Source of the DNA: Syncephalis fuscata S228
Taxonomy: Eukaryota; Fungi; Zoopagomycota
Reading direction: 5' to 3'
Assembly (NCBI GenBank): GCA_025786725.1
Contig: JAHLTZ010000014.1
Coordinates: 124,001 to 188,000, forward strand
Length of the DNA stretch: 64,000 nt
Positions within the stretch are counted from its first letter, which is position 1; each line of letters begins with the position of its first letter. The notes beneath the pieces were generated by a model. The model did no database searches. It worked only from the letters and a program-made list of their open reading frames with translations, and was not told where the DNA came from. Below are positions 27,225 to 39,696 of this stretch, one piece after another. Position numbers and translations under genes: made by a program.

Positions 27225-27841
27225 TTATCCAAATAAACCGTCATCATCCTCATCCTCATCCTCTTCATCATCTTCTGGATAATTAGCATATCGATTAGCA
27301 GAACTGGTATTTTTATCATCGTCGTAGTTTTCATCGTCTTCTTCATCTTCTTCATCGTCATAACCACGATCTCTTGTAACACTGCTACTTGTTTCTCTTC
27401 CGTTTCCACCTCTTAGATCATCCTCATTATCGCGACGTCGACCATAAGCGGATTGATCATGATCATCTTCCGCGTAATCTTGTCGTGAATCCTCTTGTTG
27501 AGCTGCTTCACATGCATCAATCCACTCGGAATAAACATCAACTGGTTCTGATAAATCTATATGCTTATTAACAAGTTTTTATTGTTATTAATAGACGCAA
27601 GTACTTACAATTGATAGAAGTTTGCCAACTAGCTGAGCATACACGACATAATACGTTTCCAACTTTACTTTCTTTGTCACTTTATAAATCTGCTTATTAA
27701 TCATTGTTATCGCGTATTTATACGATCTTACAGTTTAACATCAATAGATTTTTCGTGATTACAAAAAATACAGCTGAATTGTTTATCAAGCTTTTGACGC
27801 ACACGCGTCATGGGTTTACGTGCCGATTTACGCTTGCCCAT
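27225..27841 (-). CDS. ELF1: Transcription elongation factor Elf1 with acidic C-terminal tail
   Basis: [26 protein letters not shown] and [16 protein letters not shown]. Confidence 0.95.
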
Positions 27842-28106
27842 GCTGAATAAAACACAGAAATAGCAATAGAGGAAATGGAAAGAAAAATAAGTGTAGAATA
27901 GATGAAGAAAGTGAATCTAGTAAAAATATAATATAACAAAGCTTCAAGCTAAAGACCACGTGTTGGCGTATTCTTTGGCTATTTTGACTTTATCAAAAGG
28001 CCGCCATTTGTTACTACTACGCTTATAGTTACATTCTTTGTCATTGATACTAAGTCTGGTTGTAAACAAGTGGGCACCAGGTCACTACCTGTTGTTTAAT
28101 TCATCT

Positions 28107-29587
28107 ATGGGCGTGCGCGATCTAACGCGTCTTTTGCAGCGCTTTGCGCCTACAGCAATTAATGAACACCATGCCCATCGATACCGTGGCTGGTCGGTAG
28201 CAATCGACGCAAGTCTTTATATTCATCGCTTTGTTTATGCCGGACATCTACAGTACGCATATCCACATGTTGTAGGATTCTATGGTTTGTGTCGTCATTT
28301 GCAGGCCTGGAAAATACGTCCGATATTTGTATTTGACGGTGAGCAACGCGCCGAGACAAAGCTACGCGAAAGTGAACGTCGTCGACGTTTAAAGGATCAA
28401 ACTGAACGAGAACTGCATATGGCTCGTGAAAGAGCCGAACGACTAAATCGTCTTAGTGTATTAATGAATGACATCGATCGTCTTAATGAATCGGATAAAC
28501 GTTTATTAAGTTACCGTGCCAAAAAATGCTGGTATGAGGTTACTGGAGAGACACCAGCACATCCAATTATGTCATCAGAATTAGATAGTGAGGCTGCACC
28601 GGCATCGGTTGAAATAGCTTTAACGAATTTACGAGAATTAATACAGGAAGCATCGACGGTATCGACAACTAGTAAAGTGTCAACAACACCCACCACCGGT
28701 GAGCTACATCGACAACGAGCAGCAGCAACAGAAGCTTTACCACCAACAAAAACTTACAAATACTTGGAGGATTTGAACAGCGTTTACTAAAGGGATTGCC
28801 TTATAGCACAGTAGCTACAGATGATACATCGACCCAGGAGAAGTTTAAACAGCGTATGGAACGTATTATTACAGATAATCACAATACATTAGTATCATTA
28901 GAGAAACGGGCAGCCTATGTTACAGGAGACCTTGTAGCCGATGTTAAACGTTTAATTGAACTATGGGGCTTTCTTCATATGAGTTCGGGCAGCTATGAGG
29001 CCGAAGCAATGTGTGTTAGTTTAGCAGCAGCAGGTATTTCGCAAGCAACCGTTTCAGAAGATACAGATGCAGCAGCTTTTGGCGATTATCCGCTACTGCG
29101 CTACTTTTACGTACGTGACCGACCTGTACTTGAAATGAACTTTGGCCTTGCCCGACAAGCATTAGGCATGACAAAAAGCCAATTTCTTGATATGTGTATT
29201 TTATGTGGCACTGATTTCTCTAGCACCCTCGAGGGTATTGGACCAATTCGAGCGCTAAAACTAATCCAGAAACATGGTAGCATTGAGGAAGTTATTAAGG
29301 CAGTAGGAGGAAAGCACCCGCCCCGAACCGGATTTGATTTTGAGCAAGCACGTCGTGTTTTTACCAGTTTGCCACCCATTCCTCAAGAACTATTTCTTCC
29401 TGCTGGTTCAGGCAGTAGAATTCCTGTCCAGCCAGAAAATGCCGAACTTATGGCTTTCCTCGAGCAATTTGAAGTAGAAACTGATATTGAACTAACGGGT
29501 AATGCTTATTATGAAGGAGCCGGTTCAGATTTCGATGGTATCGGGCCTGATCCATTTTCATCGTCTGCATCAGTGTCATTATCGTAG
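28107..29587 (+). CDS. FEN1/XPG-family 5' nuclease with a long N-I insert; intronless; frameshift near 28790
   Basis: MGVRDL, VAIDASLYI, PIFVFDG, YEAEAMC, VSEDTDA and H3TH motif FLDMCILCGTDF...GIGPIRALKLIQKHGSIE. Confidence 0.88.
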
Positions 29588-29679
29588 TTTTATTCATTAA
29601 ATTAAAGTGTTTTTTAGTAACTTTTCTCCTTCTTTTACCATTTTAATTTGTAGTGCTTTTATAACAACACTTTATATCA

Positions 29680-30770
29680 ATGCACTTATTGATGCGTCAA
29701 AGACAATTAAATTATCGTATAGTGTCGATAATAGGAATGAATTTGAATGGTTATCGATCAATGAATAGCAATTTATTAAGAGTAATACCAAAAAATATGT
29801 TTAATAGACCAATGAGTACAGCATCAATGGTAGCCTCGATTGTCATAGGTGTTCCGCTAACTGTATACTTGTACAAATGTCTTGTTATGACATTGTTTCA
29901 GCGACGTATTATTTACGTATCTTATCTACCACCTGGCGCGCGTCAACCAACACCTTTAAGTGAATTATCTAAAACAAATGAGTTGGGCAGCTTACGTGGT
30001 GAAGAAGTATTATTAAAGTCAAGATATAACACTCGCTTGCAAGGCTATGTATTTAATCAGTCTAAAACTCCATCAATTAATAATACATTGAATCGACCGC
30101 CAATTATTATTTACTTTCAAGGAAACGCTGGTAATATGCTTCATCGTATTCCAGTATTTGAGCGAATACTTTCACCGCTACCCTTTGGTACGTGTATTGT
30201 AGCAATTCATACACGTGGATATGGTGGGTCTGGTGGGCGACCAACTCAGCACGGTATACGTAATGATGCACTACGTATTCTCGACTATACTATCGAGCGA
30301 TATCGTGACCGCCACTATTTATCTATGGACATAGTCTAGGCGGCGCTGTAGCTGCTCATCTAGTGCTTGATACACTTGGCCAGGTCCGTGGTCACTCAAT
30401 CCGTGGTTTAATACTTGAAAATACATTTACTAATATGGAAGCGCTAGTTGCTGCTGTGTTTCCTCGCTGGATGCCTTATAAATATCTTGCTCGTATTTTC
30501 TATACGATCGATGGGATACCGAACAGGCTATAAGTAAAGCATCAACATCACTGCCTCCTTGTTTATTTTTATCGGCGATAAAGATGAATTAGTTCCTTCG
30601 TGGATGACTCGTCGACTTGCTCATTTAATAGAAGCAACCAATTCACCACGACCGATAGTGCATCAGTTTGTACTGGCCTACACGAAAATACATTTATGCA
30701 ATCGGGCTATGGTAAGGCAATTGAACAGTTTATTCGAAATACTATGCTGAAAAATAATACTAAGCCGTAA
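29680..30770 (+). CDS. Bem46/ABHD13-like alpha/beta hydrolase (several frameshifts after 30315)
   Basis: FQRRIIY, IIIYFQGNAGNM, RGYGGSGG.PTQ.G, YGHSLGGAVA, LILENTFT and FIGDKDELVP. Confidence 0.85.
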
Positions 30771-31211
30771 ATCATATGTAATTGAGCGAGTGAAAGTGCG
30801 TGAATATCATTGATTAATTTATAATGTGCACGATAGCGAAATGAATCAAATTTATAATAAATATAATTAGCGATAAACAAACAACTTTCCAATACTCAAA
30901 TCTTGCTTTGATGTATACATCTATAATAACTAATTTTCTAAACATACATATACAAGTAGAAAATAATGATTAAAATGTATATTTATTGTTTAAATATATA
31001 TATAGTGGTGTATGTTGTAATTGCTAATATAATAGAAAATGCGTAATAGTCATGCATGTAAAAGTCTTTCTCGATCTACGAAGCAACTGCCAAATTACTA
31101 CATAAGTTACTAAATCATTATTAAACAGCGTGTATATTAGTATGTAATGTACATATAATACACTGCAGTATTGAGCTGACAGTTATGCACCAGTATTAAT
31201 ACAATAATAAA

Positions 31212-32532
31212 TATTTTTGTAGAACCAGCATATTTAATTTGTATCGCATGGTCAGGTTGTATATAACGTTAAAGTAAACACTAATAAATGCATTTCTACC
31301 ACCTGTAATGGATGATTGACATTGCCGCGCCATCTGTGTAATTGCCGGACAAATTGAAGTGAAGCTAGCATTGCATTGGTATGACATTGATATATTGGTA
31401 TACGTATGCTTCAAGCTTGATATGCTAACTAATGACTGTTTGCCGATGTGTAATGGGAAATTAGATCTTCAGATCATGGTAGGTTTAAACCAAACAATGG
31501 ATAAAATATTACACTGAGAGTGCTTATCTGCTAAATTTACATTAATAAAAGATAAATACAATAAGAATAAATGATTAATGTCTAATTAACTACGGTTTGT
31601 ATTACCAATCTAATGCTACTAGATTGTAGGTTGTACTTTAGATTAAACAGGTATGTGTTACACATATGCTATGCACTATGTGTGTTAAATAGCCTGATAT
31701 TAATAGAATGCAAGTGAGACTATATAATAATCATATGCCATGTATTGTGTGTTTAATAGTCTGGTATTAATAGCTCGTAAGCAGCATTGTATATTGACTA
31801 ACATATACGCTAAATATGCGATATGTACTGTATATATTTAACAACTCGTACCAATAGCTCGTAAGTGGCATTGTGTATTAGTTGACTATGCGCTAATTGT
31901 ATACTACTTACTGTGCGTGTTTAATATCCTAACATTGATAGGTTGTAAGTGGCACTGTGTATTAATCAACTATACAATAATTACAAGCCGTGTTTTTAAT
32001 AACAATATTAATAAAAAGCAAGTGTAATTGCATATCACCAATTTATACACTAATTGCATGCCATATATTGTATATATCTATGACACAGATTAACCAAGTC
32101 TTCAAGAAATTAGTATTGGTGGTGTAATTGGATTACTATTTCAATATATTTTAGGTATACTTTGGTGAAGGTCAAGACCATTTGGCAGCTGCCATTCAGT
32201 CCATTCACATATCAAGTTCTACCTAATGCTCTGATTTATCCATTTCTAATTAATGACGCCAATATATTACCGATAGGCCTGTATTTAGCTGTCTATTATG
32301 TTGATATTATGGCAATATGTTTTTGCAATATAGTCAACTATATTTATACATTTTCTATAAGCAACATCTTAGCTATTATTGTAATATAGCCAGTATGGTA
32401 TTATATTGGCATTAACATAGAATATTGTCACTATATAATATAAAAGTATGTGGTGAAATAGCCTATTTATTAGCATTATCATACTAATGTTACTGTAGCC
32501 ACGTGAATGTAAATATCACACAAGACTAATCA
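31212..32532 (+). repeat. Copy A of a ~1.32-kb inverted repeat (non-coding, AT-rich)
   Basis: Reverse complement of 49928-51242 along its length. Examples: 31241 gtatcgcatggtcaggttgt vs acaacctgaccatgcgatac near 51194, and 32511 aaatatcacacaagactaatca vs tgattagtcttgtgtgatattt at 49928. Confidence 0.95.
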
Positions 32533-32762
32533 TCTTTACGATGCTCATTTAAGCACTATTTTATTACAGTTTACTACTTTATTTAATAATAAAACATTTT
32601 TAAAAACTTATTAGCAAGAATAAACCTTATTTTATCAGTTTTTGTTTATAAAGACATTGCTTGTTTAAATTATTGCACAAAAGAGTAAAGGAAAAGAAAA
32701 ATAAATAACAAATAAAACGCAAATATGTATATTTAATAAGTCGAAGTATTGTGACTTGTTGA

Positions 32763-33822
32763 TTAAATACGAAGGCTTTTGATACTTGATACCAGTTTAC
32801 GAACGGTAGGTGGACATGTAAATTTGACATAACGATCAAGCTTAATAATATTACCCAGAAACAATAACGGGCTCAACTTTGCTTCAACTGTATAATCAAC
32901 GTGTATCGGCTCAACATCACTAGAGCCTTGAACGCCACAGTGCTCCAAAACATGCGATAAAACTTGCTCAGACTCGATGGCATCCGGGTGTATCGATTGG
33001 TCCAGTTTGAACTGTAGCGTAAGCGGAAAGACCACCTCGACTGGTTTGTCAAGAGGTATATTGAGCTTTGATAGCGTGCCATTGAGCACCTTTACTTTGT
33101 AATCGCCAACCGTACCCTAAAAACAATTAGTTTACATTCACCGTATCGGATAATAAATAACTTACCAAAACCTCAATGTCTTCTAGCTGAATGCCATAGT
33201 ATCCTTCATTTGTGATACTTAGCCGTGCCTCCATGTTAATTCGTACTAAACCGACCGGTGATGATAGAGTACCCGATTCCAATGCTATATCATTTTTGCC
33301 ACTAGGTGTACGTGCTATCTCTAGCGATACAAGTTTGAACTGCGGCTTGCGTGGATAAAGAAAGAAGCCGCCTATCCCTAGTGCTACCAACAGTATGAAT
33401 ACAACAAAGAAAAATAGGCCTGCTGCACGACGAGATTTGAAATGAAGACAATGCAATGTTCGGTATCCATTCGATGATGCTGATTTTTTGCTATCTGGAA
33501 TAGTACAAACAATATCGTTAACATTGAGCGTATTTACTTGTGTATCCTCGCTAAAGCTTCTAGCTCCTGTGTTGAGAATAGGAAAAGAAGCCAATGACGA
33601 TGAAAAACTCGATTCATGTTGTATCCGGTAACTATGTTGATCGGTTAGAGCTATTACAACGGTTGAAATACTGCCAAGAGAAGCACGAGAATCCGTCGGG
33701 CTTACTGGGAAATCCAGACTATAAGTATCACTAGAAAGCGCTGTCGTTGCTTTATTAGATACATTATCGTGTGCAAGGCCGTTTTCCATGGACATTCGTA
33801 GATAGAGTTGCTTAAACTTCAT
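32763..33822 (-). CDS. Type II single-pass membrane protein with a LEA_2-like luminal domain (2 exons)
   Basis: S-rich N-terminus, then TM segment AAGLFFFVVFILLVALGIGGFFLYPRKPQF, followed by ITNEGYYGIQLEDI and C-terminal HCG...FTCP. Confidence 0.65.
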
Positions 33823-34581
33823 GTGTGGTATGCTATTGTAGAATTGTGGTGCTTTTCTTTAACAAATGTTTGCGTAATTCAGTCACGTATTAATAAAATT
33901 ATAATGCTGATAATAGGAAAATGCTGAAAAAAGTATGATAATGCCAAGTGTCAACAAGCTGCATCAGTCTAGTTGTATGGCATTTATATAAACTTTTACT
34001 TGTTTCAATAGAACTCACGATTCTTTGTCTACGCACAGTGATATTTTATCACGCTACTAATTTTGTTATCTGCACAAGACCCAGATAGCGTTGATGTTAA
34101 CTATTGTCAAGGACAGACAACCACAGCTGTATCAAGACCTGTTTTACAGAATGTAGTATAGTTGCACATTTAATGTATTTATAATGTCACAAAAATAAAT
34201 GGCACTATTTACTGACAAAGGAGTGTTTAAAAATAGATGAAAATACCGGTTATACTTGTTGCACACATAAACGCATGATTTTCTATCTTATAATAAGGCA
34301 TTAGTATTCGCGCTAGTAGTAGAATGTAGTCGATAGAAATGTAAAAACATTACAATAAACAATATGAAAGCAACACCATGTATTTAATATGCCAAAAAAC
34401 CTAGCAATTCAATTGGTAGGCAACGTGTACAAGTGGATTAAAGGAAAGAAAGCGAAAAAAAGAGAAGAAAGGTTGGCATGTTGGTGTAGAAAGTAGCGAT
34501 TTGGCAAATAATTCAAAGACGACGCACGCACATAGAGACATACAGACGAAAAGAAACAGCTTAGCTGACCACTATTGGTGT

Positions 34582-35295
34582 TTAGTCGGAATAGGTGATA
34601 GCCTGGGGACATTTTTCGTACTTGGTCTGTTTGCCATTGTTGCCCGTGTTCAGCGTCCAGTAAAGTGTGCCACCGCGATCAAAAATACCAATACCAACAT
34701 GTGTATTTGTTGCTTCATCATATTATCATGATGAACTATATAGACAATCGAGTAGATTAGTATTGCCAATCATTGTTGAGCAAAATAGTAAACTTACTTT
34801 GTGATCCCATCCACGTGGAAAACACTTCCTCAGGCGATTTTTGGCCTGCAGCAATATTCTCCGTTGGATCTTGGTAAAGATTGCCGCTTACAGTACGAAT
34901 ACGATCTATGTACGTCGATTGATTTGAACCACGGTGGCTCATCAGGCTGTGAGTTCCCAAAAAGTTACTATGGCCCATGGCAGCCGCTGTTAATCGTCTA
35001 TCCATAAATGAAAATGGTTCATTAGTTTGTAGTCGTTATTAAACACATAGTCTACTTACTGGCTGAGTCCTAAAATACTAAGATTGTTTCGGGCACGCTC
35101 TTCATTAATGAGACAAAGCAAACGACAGGTGTGGCTATCAAAATTGCGTCGTTGAAGCTTAGCCATGTTATGGCCTTCGTGTGGAGCAGCATCGACCAAG
35201 GCATATTGTTGAGATCCAATGTTGGCAGTGAGTAGCAAGCTACTCATAGCGACCACGGCAGCGGCAGAAGCGAGGCGATCAAGACCGAGCAACAT
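34582..35295 (-). CDS. Secreted CAP/SCP (PR-1-like) domain protein (3 exons; frameshift near 34715)
   Basis: Signal peptide and a QRR Kex2-like site, then LCLINEERAR, LTAAAMGHS, SHRGS, ENIAAGQ.SPEEV..WMGS..H..NM and HVGIG....YWT. Confidence 0.88.
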
Positions 35296-36680
35296 ATTGA
35301 AGTATTAATTGATAGTGTTATTTCTTCTCGTTTATCAAGGAATTATATTTTGCAAAAAACAACGACTAGCACAACTAGAGATTACACGGGGATGGATATA
35401 ATGTGTCAGTAGCTATTGTGCATGCCAACATCTCCTTTTAAACGTCGGCGTTTATCTTTTTCTACTTACGTGTATTTAAAATATATAGCAAAAATTGACA
35501 GTGTCACTGGGTGGCGGCAGTATTATAGTACGCGTGTATAAACAACGTGTTGATTACAGTTATTATAAGCTAAAGGATGTGCAGTGTAGATTAATAAAAA
35601 GGAGCAGAAATTCCAAGTAGAATCTAAGGATGTACTGTGTATATGTTTAGGACGATGTTGCGCCGTCGCCGCCACTGCTACTCAAGGAGCTCATTTTAAC
35701 TGTTCTCGCCAGGGGGGTCGGCGGTAGGCAAGAACAAGAACGAAAGCCCAAGAAAGACTGAAAGAACACGCGCGAAGCATGCAAGTAAGTGTACATGCTG
35801 TGTAGCCGTGTTTAACCGCCTTGTCCGAACAACTGCAAGTGAAGACACGTGAGCTATGTATCCAATGAAATAAACAAAAACTATCCGCAAAGGCCATCGT
35901 GGCTGGTGATCTTATCCGTCAGGTACAAATGGCAACGATGGCAAACTCACTACCAGTATTATTATCAGCACCATTGCCTGCACTACTGCCAATAATAGTC
36001 GTGTCAACGAGGATCTTGAAGATGATAGGCGGGATAGGATTGAAATATCAGCGTAAGTCGTTTGAACATTGTAGCTGTGACTGCGATGCAGCAGGCTGCA
36101 TACGACTGACTTTACACAAGTAGCAATGATGTGTTGTTGCAGTGTCATGTTGAATACTGGCATTGTAACGGCTGTAGCCTACCACATGGCGATAGCGCAG
36201 ATGATTGGCGCTCGATTGTACCTATCACGAATGATAGATATGAGTAAGCAGACAAACAGAATTGCTTTCATTGCCAAGAAAATTCAAACTATTGCCAACC
36301 ATCATCAGTTGAACAACATAGCCATTGTTACGTTCCAAGTAAAGAAACTAACTATGATGTATACAATTTATATAATTTAATTATACACAAAATGTTATAA
36401 CACACACACACGTATATGTATGTATATACGCATAAATACATACAGCAATACATAGATACACTTATAAAATGCTTATTCTATGGGTGATTTATTGTTAGAA
36501 TAATAATTTATTATTAATACTGGGAATATGGGTCGGAACTATAGCCCATTTTGCCGCTTATTCGGTACCACCGTGCCGAAATGTGTTACATATGAAGCCA
36601 TCGACTACGAACTAGACGATTTTCTTCCCCATATTTACTGCCACGTACCGACTTTACTACTTTCATTCTTTGTGGACATT

Positions 36681-36712
<32 letters not shown>

Positions 36713-36718
36713 ACCGTC

Positions 36719-38138
36719 ATGGATATTAACACGCTTTTCAACGTTAAAGACAAAGTTGTCCTTGTGACCGGTGGTAGCCGCGGGTAAGTAGGACGCGCGT
36801 TTATCGCTTTATCTCTTGCTCGTTCGCTCGTTCGCTATTAGCTGCTACTTTGTACGTCCACATAGGCTAACAGAACGTTATATTTCTGGTTTTTTTGCAT
36901 ACGCGTGCAGTATTGGTCTAATGATAGCACAGGTAAGTTTGCGCGTGTACGGCAGTTTATCTAACCAGTAGTATGGACACGTATACACGTCCATAAAGTA
37001 ACAGCGCTTGCTAATACCAACCCTATTGTGTTATCCATAGGGATTCATTGCCAACGGAGCACGTGTCTATATCTCTTCGCGCAAGGCCGATGTGTGCAAT
37101 AAAGTGGCCGCAGAACTGACGAAGCAGGGACCTGGCAAATGTTTTAGCATTCCCGCTGACCTCCAAAAACTAAGCGAAACGCAACGACTTGCTAAAGAGA
37201 TGCTAAACACGAGAAGCGTATGTAGTATTAATTGCACAATATTAATTGTTTAATAACATTTATTAATTCGTGGTCATTTAGACCTTCATATTCTTGTAAA
37301 TAATGCCGGTGCTAATGTAAGTAACACCACATTCATTTCCATGGTCCAACTAACCATCCAACTGCATATCTAGTGGGCTGCATCCATTGAAGAATATCCA
37401 GACGATGCTTTCCAAGTAAGTTGGTCACGCAGCCTATAGGACATAGTGTACTGATGCATCTCTATCATTGGTAGAAAGTTATGAATCTAAACCTGACACG
37501 TGTTTTCAGCTTAACACAGGCGTAAGTCAAAGCGTGTTTATAGATGCAGCTACTGTACAACATCTACTTACCTACTGCACCCATTGACAGCTGCTTATCG
37601 CTATTGGAGACTGCAAGCACGCCTGAGGACCCAGCTCGTGTCATTAACATTGGTTCCATTCATGGTAAGTATTAATAATATAATTGGTTAATATGCACCA
37701 CTAACGATGACTCACACAACGACGACGACGACGATTATACACGATAGGTATCCGAACGGCTGCACACGAAACGTACGCCTACGGTGCTAGCAAGGCTGCT
37801 CTACATCATTTATCACAGTTTATGGCCGGCCATATAGGATCACGAAGCATTACGGTGAACGCCATTGCACCTGGTCCATTTATGAGTAAAATGATGGAAG
37901 AAACGCTAAAGAGGCAACAAGATATCATTCTGGCTGGATGTCCTCTTGGTCGTATTGGCGAACCAACCGACATGGCAGGCAAGCTATTGAATGCATGTGC
38001 GCCAAATCGTGTAAGCTAACAAAGTAAAACTATGCATTAGGTGTGTGTCTATTTTTGTCGTCCAAGGCTGGTTCCTACATTACTGGCACAGTTATTCCAG
38101 TAGATGGCGGTATTATCGTCGGTAAAGCAATGCTTTAA
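36719..38138 (+). CDS. Classical short-chain dehydrogenase/reductase (RhlG-like; many small exons)
   Basis: VVLVTGGSRGIG, LVNNAG, INIGSI, YGASKAA, VNAIAPG and TGTVIPVDGG. Confidence 0.93.
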
Positions 38139-38285
38139 TAACATTTGCATTCAGTTGACGAATATGACAATAAACAAGTAATTAAACTAAATTAATGTTA
38201 TAATGTTTGGATTGCTTATATTAAACACTTTAAAAATGCTACTATGATAGCTACAAAGTAACTAGTCATCCGGCTGTTTTATTTA

Positions 38286-39696
38286 TCACTTGTACGCCCA
38301 TAGTCGTAGCTGACTGTCAAACCCGCCTGTGGCAAGCTGTACTCCCGCTGCAGTGCTATCGATGGTCGTAAAGCAACGCACAGTAGATGTATGTGCCTCC
38401 CAGCTTGCATGAGGTGTTTGCTTGCCGACCTGCAACACATAGACTCGCTTATCGCCGAGCGAAACGAGTAGGCGACGTCCTATCCATCGGCAGTAGGAGC
38501 GAGATAGATCTGGTGCGGCAGCAACATACCAACCGGCCACCTGTCTTTCTTCACCGCAAGCAAATACTGCTACGTAGCTTAATGGCGTTTTATCCGTCGT
38601 CACGGCCAAGTAGCGGCCACATGGCGACAAAGCCATATCCATAATCGAGTAGGAGACGTGAGTATTGCGTGGGTCGCCGTTAATACTAAATCGCTTCTCG
38701 TCACCTGAATCTAGTTCAATGTACCGGAAATGTAGATCGGATCGTAGAGTCACGATAACCTTAGCCGTATCATTCGCATCTTTAAGCGGTATGATTTCCA
38801 TTGCTTCAATAGGTGCACGGAACCGCTGTTGACGATGGAGTTGATATGGCTCATTCTGTTCTGCTGTCTTTTCTGTTGTATTTTGTTCAGCTTTTGTCGT
38901 ATGCTTATAAACATTCAATAGACCATCGTGGCCAATACTTACTGCCCAGTCATTTTGACCGGCTATTGGTGACGCAATAAATCGTGCACTCATGGCATAT
39001 TTTGAATGGTTCTCCCATTGAACTACTGTTTCACCAGTTAGTAGATCAATGATAAATACGTGTCCATTCATGCAAGATGCCAATAACCAATTTGGATGAT
39101 GTGGATGTACATCCATGTGAAGTACTACCGCCTTCATAGAAAGCGGAAATGGTGTGGTCATGACTATTGTTGTGGTTGCTGTTGTTGCCGTCGTTTCATT
39201 GCTATCGTTGCTGTTCAATATACTCAATGGTGTAAATCGTAATTTACGATCGACATGCGATGATACAATGCCCGGTACTGGGCACGACACTTGTTTAACC
39301 GCAATAAGATTGGTTGAAAGATCATAGGATATTCTGTTTATCAAGGGCAAAGGATCCTCGGGATACATCAACGATTCGTCTTGCAAACTAGACAGCATAA
39401 GTAAAGTCGCTGATCAATTCTAGTAATAGCTGTGCTATCCACTATGCTAATTACCTTACTTCGCCTTTAAGGAATGATATCGATTCATTCGGGGCAGATG
39501 GCGGCGTATCTTTCTGCTGAGCTATACATACCAAGTCTTCTAGCGGTGTTAGTGGCAACGTCGTCTCGGGAATCTCGGCCATAAACTCTGGCATCTCTGC
39601 TTTAAAGGCCTCCAATGTGCTTTCATAGCCATGAACCCGCAAGAATTGCAGTACAACTTGGTGTGCCTGTATGTACACTTGGTCAGAATCTGTCAT
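38286..39696 (-). CDS. LisH + WD40-repeat protein (2 exons)
   Basis: LisH motif VVLQFLRVHGYESTLEAF. WD-like repeats include WENHSKYAMSARF and WEAHTSTVR..LATGGFDSQLRLW. Confidence 0.8.

Noticed and set aside
31695-32040. CRISPR-like array
   Set aside because: Eukaryotic context, degenerate units without constant repeat and unique spacer structure, and no cas genes.
35650-36380. Cluster of short ORFs on both strands between the CAP and SDR genes
   Set aside because: No recognisable motif or consistent exon chain. It may be regulatory or non-coding and cannot be called.
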